The notes under the pieces were generated by a model. It did no database searches and was not told the origin of the DNA. It saw nothing but the letters and a program-made list of their open reading frames with translations. From assembly GCA_001275005.1 (NCBI GenBank), contig JWZX01002901.1, positions 1 to 33,178 of the forward strand: DNA of 33,178 nt, written 5' to 3'. Position numbers and translations under genes: made by a program. The stretch comes from Chrysochromulina tobinii (lineage: Eukaryota). Below, in pieces: positions 30,201-33,178 of this stretch. Within the stretch, counting starts at the first letter, position 1. Every line of letters begins with the position of its first letter.

Positions 30201-30537
30201 GGCGGCGGCAGAGGCGGCGGAGGCGAGGGTCGCAGTACCGCAGTCGCTTACAGCGCCTGAGGGTGAGGCACGGGCGGCCGTTACAGCGCCTGAGGGGCTG
30301 ATCGGAGCAGCGCGCAGGGCGGCGGCGGTGGAAGCGGGGGCGGCGGCGCCACACTTAGCCGCGCCGTTTCTGGACTTCACTCAAGAAGAAGAATTCTGTG
30401 AGCGCGCCGTCCTGGACGCCGTTCTGGGCGCCGGTTCGCAGCCCACGCAGTCGGTGCCCATGTACGCGCACGAGAACGCGGGGGCGGCGTTCTTACGGCT
30501 TCAGCCAGTGATGGCTTGGCCCCACAATCCCCCTTGA
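27205..30537 (+). CDS. Multi-Tudor/chromo-barrel plus C3HC4 RING protein (putative chromatin-reading E3 ligase); a terminal intron is possible
   Basis: Two Tudor-like units (W..G.V...Y.V.FDDG), two chromo-barrel units (VHFIGWKSRYDEWI, VHYVGFHSRYDEWI), and RING CPVC...CQHIYCEGC...CLVC. Confidence 0.85.
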   Translation: MQAATNKKPGEGEKRKLYLQHDRVACFFEDLGWCLGTVVMRENNGRYVVLFDDGTTEKDIMFSELKDAVDARPNEAAAAGQSAPDASDGTNRKDLPPGWRLSKSLQNLRQYTNGELKAYTIKAAWELHDSSSQPAGAKASAASRIGLQPLPGIEPDTDAVFKVGERVVVWFEDAGWYAGMVVGVSSQHLTRRRYSVSFDDGDYRTDVTPLEMLLESQMNEETPHTHPVIEQHVHQELEEEKYALVVGHRVSACDCRGHWCEARLLDMRTEHSARQFLVHFIGWKSRYDEWIDAGKGRLVPMPVGTNAEVGDQLQARDPQGKWADARVLEVRENPKSALQKELKVHYVGFHSRYDEWITADAGRLRKWRGPLGSMALAAPAMAPATAPARNEPKREAKHGAKREPKEVAQPPDKKAHKASHLTTLVLGANPGANLGANLGANLGANPGANPGANPGANLGANLGANLGANLGANLGGSSAAAPAAPLSPASGTSSHAKRLGVRPERRDERPEPLRETRHSIGVADLSSQPLDALPIPPPKATVRSAKPPPLAAGSKRPAPAAGKERAGYDRSGYDPDASHHEPLPLKKRREERPRESPPESLSAAMQAEHRLAHDNADSPTVGAVAAQRLLLFAQAACSLQAVAGGSGADASSYSSGPATAAALALPEQLQRLRAQLQCPVCARVFEKPNALPCQHIYCEGCIKNVMDATSPNAQCLVCRFPFFRRDVKPSPVLEGVVRAYEGLFEQHLATMKTDSAQDSASAAAKTAAATARNVPPVAMSSEAAATGPVAPADHAELNKLSPRDDMHLDPPGQGSVGVIVHGGARLDPSAEMTPTRAGEAAAFEVASTRAGEAAAFEVASTREGEAAAFEVASTRAGEAAAFRAPVPAPPVTILETISVPAPVPAPPVTISETISVPAPVPAPPVTISETISETISETISVPAPVPALAQVATAMSSTMTGSASLGSALRASVASPHGSATAVEAAEHGSATAVEAAEQAAAEAAEARVAVPQSLTAPEGEARAAVTAPEGLIGAARRAAAVEAGAAAPHLAAPFLDFTQEEEFCERAVLDAVLGAGSQPTQSVPMYAHENAGAAFLRLQPVMAWPHNPP
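28480..28623. repeat. 12-bp coding minisatellite x12 (LGAN/PGAN)
   Basis: CTCGGGGCGAAT and CCCGGGGCGAAT units read directly. Confidence 0.95.
29705..30046. repeat. Adjacent coding tandem repeats: 39 bp x about 3.7 (TRAGEAAAFEVAS) and 51 bp x about 3 (APVPAPPVTISETISVP)
   Basis: Read directly from the sequence and the translation. Confidence 0.92.
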
Positions 30538-31182
30538 GCTTCACCCCCCCTGCCCCTTGTCAGGACCACATGGCATGATTCGAGCGCTCTGTGCTACGGA
30601 CCTGGTTGGGTGGCCGGTTTGTAACGCGGCCCCGCCCTCGAATGCTTGATCGCTTCTATGTAGTATGCAGATGATATGAAAAACGAGGTAGTTGGTAGTA
30701 CCGTCACCTTGGGAATCTCTATGTTACCAGCACGTACGACGTAGTAATGTGTTCACCTATCAGATCCCCTCCGGGTATACCTATCTATGATGCCTCGATG
30801 TAGCGGTGAAGTATCTGTAATCCGATTCCGCGGTAGGAAGCCGCTAGCCGGTCGACGGACATGACACGTTGGCAACCGCGAACCGGTCACGTTGCACCGG
30901 GTCATGAAGACGCACGTGCGTATGCCGAGCAGACCGGTGTGCGGTGAGACGAGAGATCCCGGACGGGATGGAGTTTGACTTTGATTTCGCTCGGCTTGAT
31001 TGATGATTGTTTCCGGTGTCCGCCGATCAACATGGAAGCGAAGAGTCAAGATTAGAAAGACTCGATTTGCAGGTCGTCAGTACTCAGTTACTCAGTACAC
31101 ACTAGAGTATAGGGGGCCGCATGGTGCGACGCTTTGGTGCCCGACTCGCCGCATCCACAATCGACGCCGTCGTGGGCGCTCC

Positions 31183-32346
31183 CTAGCTTGTTCCCCGAGC
31201 GAGCAAGCTGCAGCATCCTACCACGGGCACGCCCGCCGCGAAGGCCGCCGTCTCCGAAAAGTGAGACACGACGGGCGCGACAATCGCTTGCCGGCAGCGC
31301 GAGAGTGTCACGAAGGCGAGAGCTGTCGCACGCACGTCCGCGAGCTTGGCCGGGTACGGAATGGTCGCACCCTCGTTCCACGTGACGCTGGCCACCTCAT
31401 CAAGGTCTGACCAGCCGAGACGGCGCGTATGCGATCTGTAGAACGGCGGGTGGTCCGAGGTAGCAAAGCGGGCCTCGCCTGGGCAGCCCGACGCAATAGA
31501 GGTGAGAGACTGGCCCTTGCATCGGCGTGCTCTCCACTGGAAGTCGCATGGCGCAATTTGAGACGACCCAGTCATCTTGGCCGGTGCGCCCGAGGCATCG
31601 TCCGAGAGTAAGTTGCAGTTGTAGTCGTCGAGATGCATGCTGCGCAGGTGCAACCCAACGTCGCATGCAGGGACGGCCAGCGCAGGATTGGCTCGAAGCG
31701 TGACATGACTTAGGCAGCTGAAGGGCGAGCACGTCTTAATGAGGCCGGCGTCGCCGCTAGACGAAGCACCGCTGGCCAGAGAGACGCGAACGCACAGGAG
31801 AGCCATGTCGCGCAAGGTCATGCCGTAGAGATACACAACACGAGGACGTGCCGCCCGGAGACGATGGCGCAACTTGGCACAGCTTTCTGGTGGGTGCACG
31901 CGGCAACTCTTGCCCACACACGAGACGCTGCGCATGAGGTCAGAGTCCTGAAAATCTGACTCGCTCGCCTGTAGATGTTCGACGCCGGTGAAGCTGAGAT
32001 GTTCGTGAACATCAAATGCCGTGCGACTCACGTTACGGCTTGTCTCGGGATCGGTCACGCTTGAGCCACACACTGGCACCTCGTGTCCGGGCTCGGAGAA
32101 CGCGTGACGCGCGTGCTCCGGCACACACGATGCAAAGCGCAAAGAGCGAGGCGTGCCATGCTCGATCGCCTCGTGTAGCAGCAGCCGGAGCCAGAGCGCA
32201 CTCGCTCGTATGCTGTGGCCGATGCCGACGTGTGCCCAGCCGTCGACGATGACGACCCGTGTGCGAGCCGTGTTGTTGTGCGTCGCCGACAGCCAAGGAT
32301 TGATGGCGCACTGAGCCTGGAGGTCCGCCCTACGACAGCGCGACAT
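31183..32346 (-). CDS. Fucosyltransferase-like (GT-B; NodZ/FUT8/GT11-type motifs) protein; start uncertain
   Basis: GIGHSI, VGLHLR (motif I), FATSD (motif II) and LSRC...SHFSETAA (motif III) occur in the expected order. Confidence 0.6.
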   Translation of the reverse strand: MSRCRRADLQAQCAINPWLSATHNNTARTRVVIVDGWAHVGIGHSIRASALWLRLLLHEAIEHGTPRSLRFASCVPEHARHAFSEPGHEVPVCGSSVTDPETSRNVSRTAFDVHEHLSFTGVEHLQASESDFQDSDLMRSVSCVGKSCRVHPPESCAKLRHRLRAARPRVVYLYGMTLRDMALLCVRVSLASGASSSGDAGLIKTCSPFSCLSHVTLRANPALAVPACDVGLHLRSMHLDDYNCNLLSDDASGAPAKMTGSSQIAPCDFQWRARRCKGQSLTSIASGCPGEARFATSDHPPFYRSHTRRLGWSDLDEVASVTWNEGATIPYPAKLADVRATALAFVTLSRCRQAIVAPVVSHFSETAAFAAGVPVVGCCSLLARGTS

Positions 32347-32501
32347 CGCAAGCGAGCAGCTTCGAGCTCCCAACCTACATCGAATTCCGCAGGATCAATG
32401 TGGAAGGTTATGAATATGAATAGATGAATACAGTACGAATCAAAAAAACAAGGCACATCTAGATCTACGAAGGTTTGGTGTGTGACACTCGTGTGGCGCG
32501 C

Positions 32502-33178
32502 TTATACGTCCGCCTCCTCTTCTCTAGTCTGGGCCGTCCCTGGATTTAACGTGCCCATGATCGTGTCCGTGAAGGCCGAGAAGAACGTAGGCTTTGGCTC
32601 GGGTGGAGGCGGCGCCGCCGCGGTGGTGGTACAACCGGGGGTGACACCGGTCTGGTGGGTCTGAAGCGCGTACGACGTCGAGGGGACATTGGCTGGCACA
32701 GAGCTTGAAGCCGCCTTGCCGGGCGTGAAGGTGGTCAGGAGCGTATCCGAAAAGGTCTGGAAGAGCGAGATGGGCGCCGAGATGGGCGATTCAGGCGCCG
32801 TAACGGCCACGCCGCCCGGCGACGGTGTGGCCGCCTCGGCGCCGGCGCGGTACGACTTTTCGAGCGCCCCCGACTTGGTCTTGTTCTTGAACTTGTCGCG
32901 GTACGACTGGTCCATCGACGGGCGGAAATCCGAAGACGCCGTACTGTCACGATCGGACGCCCCGGGGCCCGCGATGATAGAGGTGCGCATCGGGCGCTTG
33001 TTCTTGATGCGCGCTACGGGGCGCGGGTCCGTGTCTTCGCGGATGGCGGCGGTGATCATGCCCGAGATCTGCTCAAAGTTTGGCCGCAGAATGGGGCCAG
33101 GCTGGCAGCACTGCTTGGCGAGCTCCTTGATGGCGTCCGGCGTGGTCGTGCTCTCGAGGAGCAGCTCGAGCGGCGAGT
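32502..33178 (-). CDS. C-terminal part of a protein kinase (TKL-like); partial, continues beyond the window
   Basis: The frame is open to the window edge. PDAIKELAKQCCQPGPILRPNFEQI matches kinase subdomain XI and is followed by a Ser/Thr/Pro-rich tail. Confidence 0.7.
   Translation of the reverse strand, partial: SPLELLLESTTTPDAIKELAKQCCQPGPILRPNFEQISGMITAAIREDTDPRPVARIKNKRPMRTSIIAGPGASDRDSTASSDFRPSMDQSYRDKFKNKTKSGALEKSYRAGAEAATPSPGGVAVTAPESPISAPISLFQTFSDTLLTTFTPGKAASSSVPANVPSTSYALQTHQTGVTPGCTTTAAAPPPPEPKPTFFSAFTDTIMGTLNPGTAQTREEEADV

Noticed and set aside
30600..31100. AT-richer gap as an ncRNA or transposon
   Set aside because: No tRNA, snoRNA box pair or terminal repeats detected by eye.

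Overview
GC-rich, intron-containing eukaryotic DNA. The intron style (GATTGC/GATGGC decamer repeats ending in CCTCCCTCATCAG) and the gene content suggest a haptophyte alga such as Chrysochromulina (inference). Mobile elements: the right part of an internally deleted tyrosine-recombinase (DIRS/Ngaro-type) retroelement, and a 438-bp MITE with 16-bp TIRs and an 8-bp TSD. About 15 host genes: a DsbA-like thioredoxin, DGAT2, a GT8 glycosyltransferase, a six-exon vWA-Vwaint-Vint (Hint) protein, a C2H2 zinc-finger protein, a Shewanella-like phosphatase, a PAN/FkbM-like protein, an HTH protein, RNA polymerase I subunit 2, a multi-Tudor RING protein, a fucosyltransferase-like protein, a partial kinase and hypothetical proteins. 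Two signals stand out. (1) Two adjacent ORFs (15024-15251 and 15276-15872) form one reading frame interrupted only by a TGA at a position expected to be Cys, followed by SECIS-like hairpins: a candidate undescribed selenoprotein. (2) Several related introns carry duplicated flanking exon sequence, including an RPA2 intron built from three complete GT-AG units joined at CAG|GT points.
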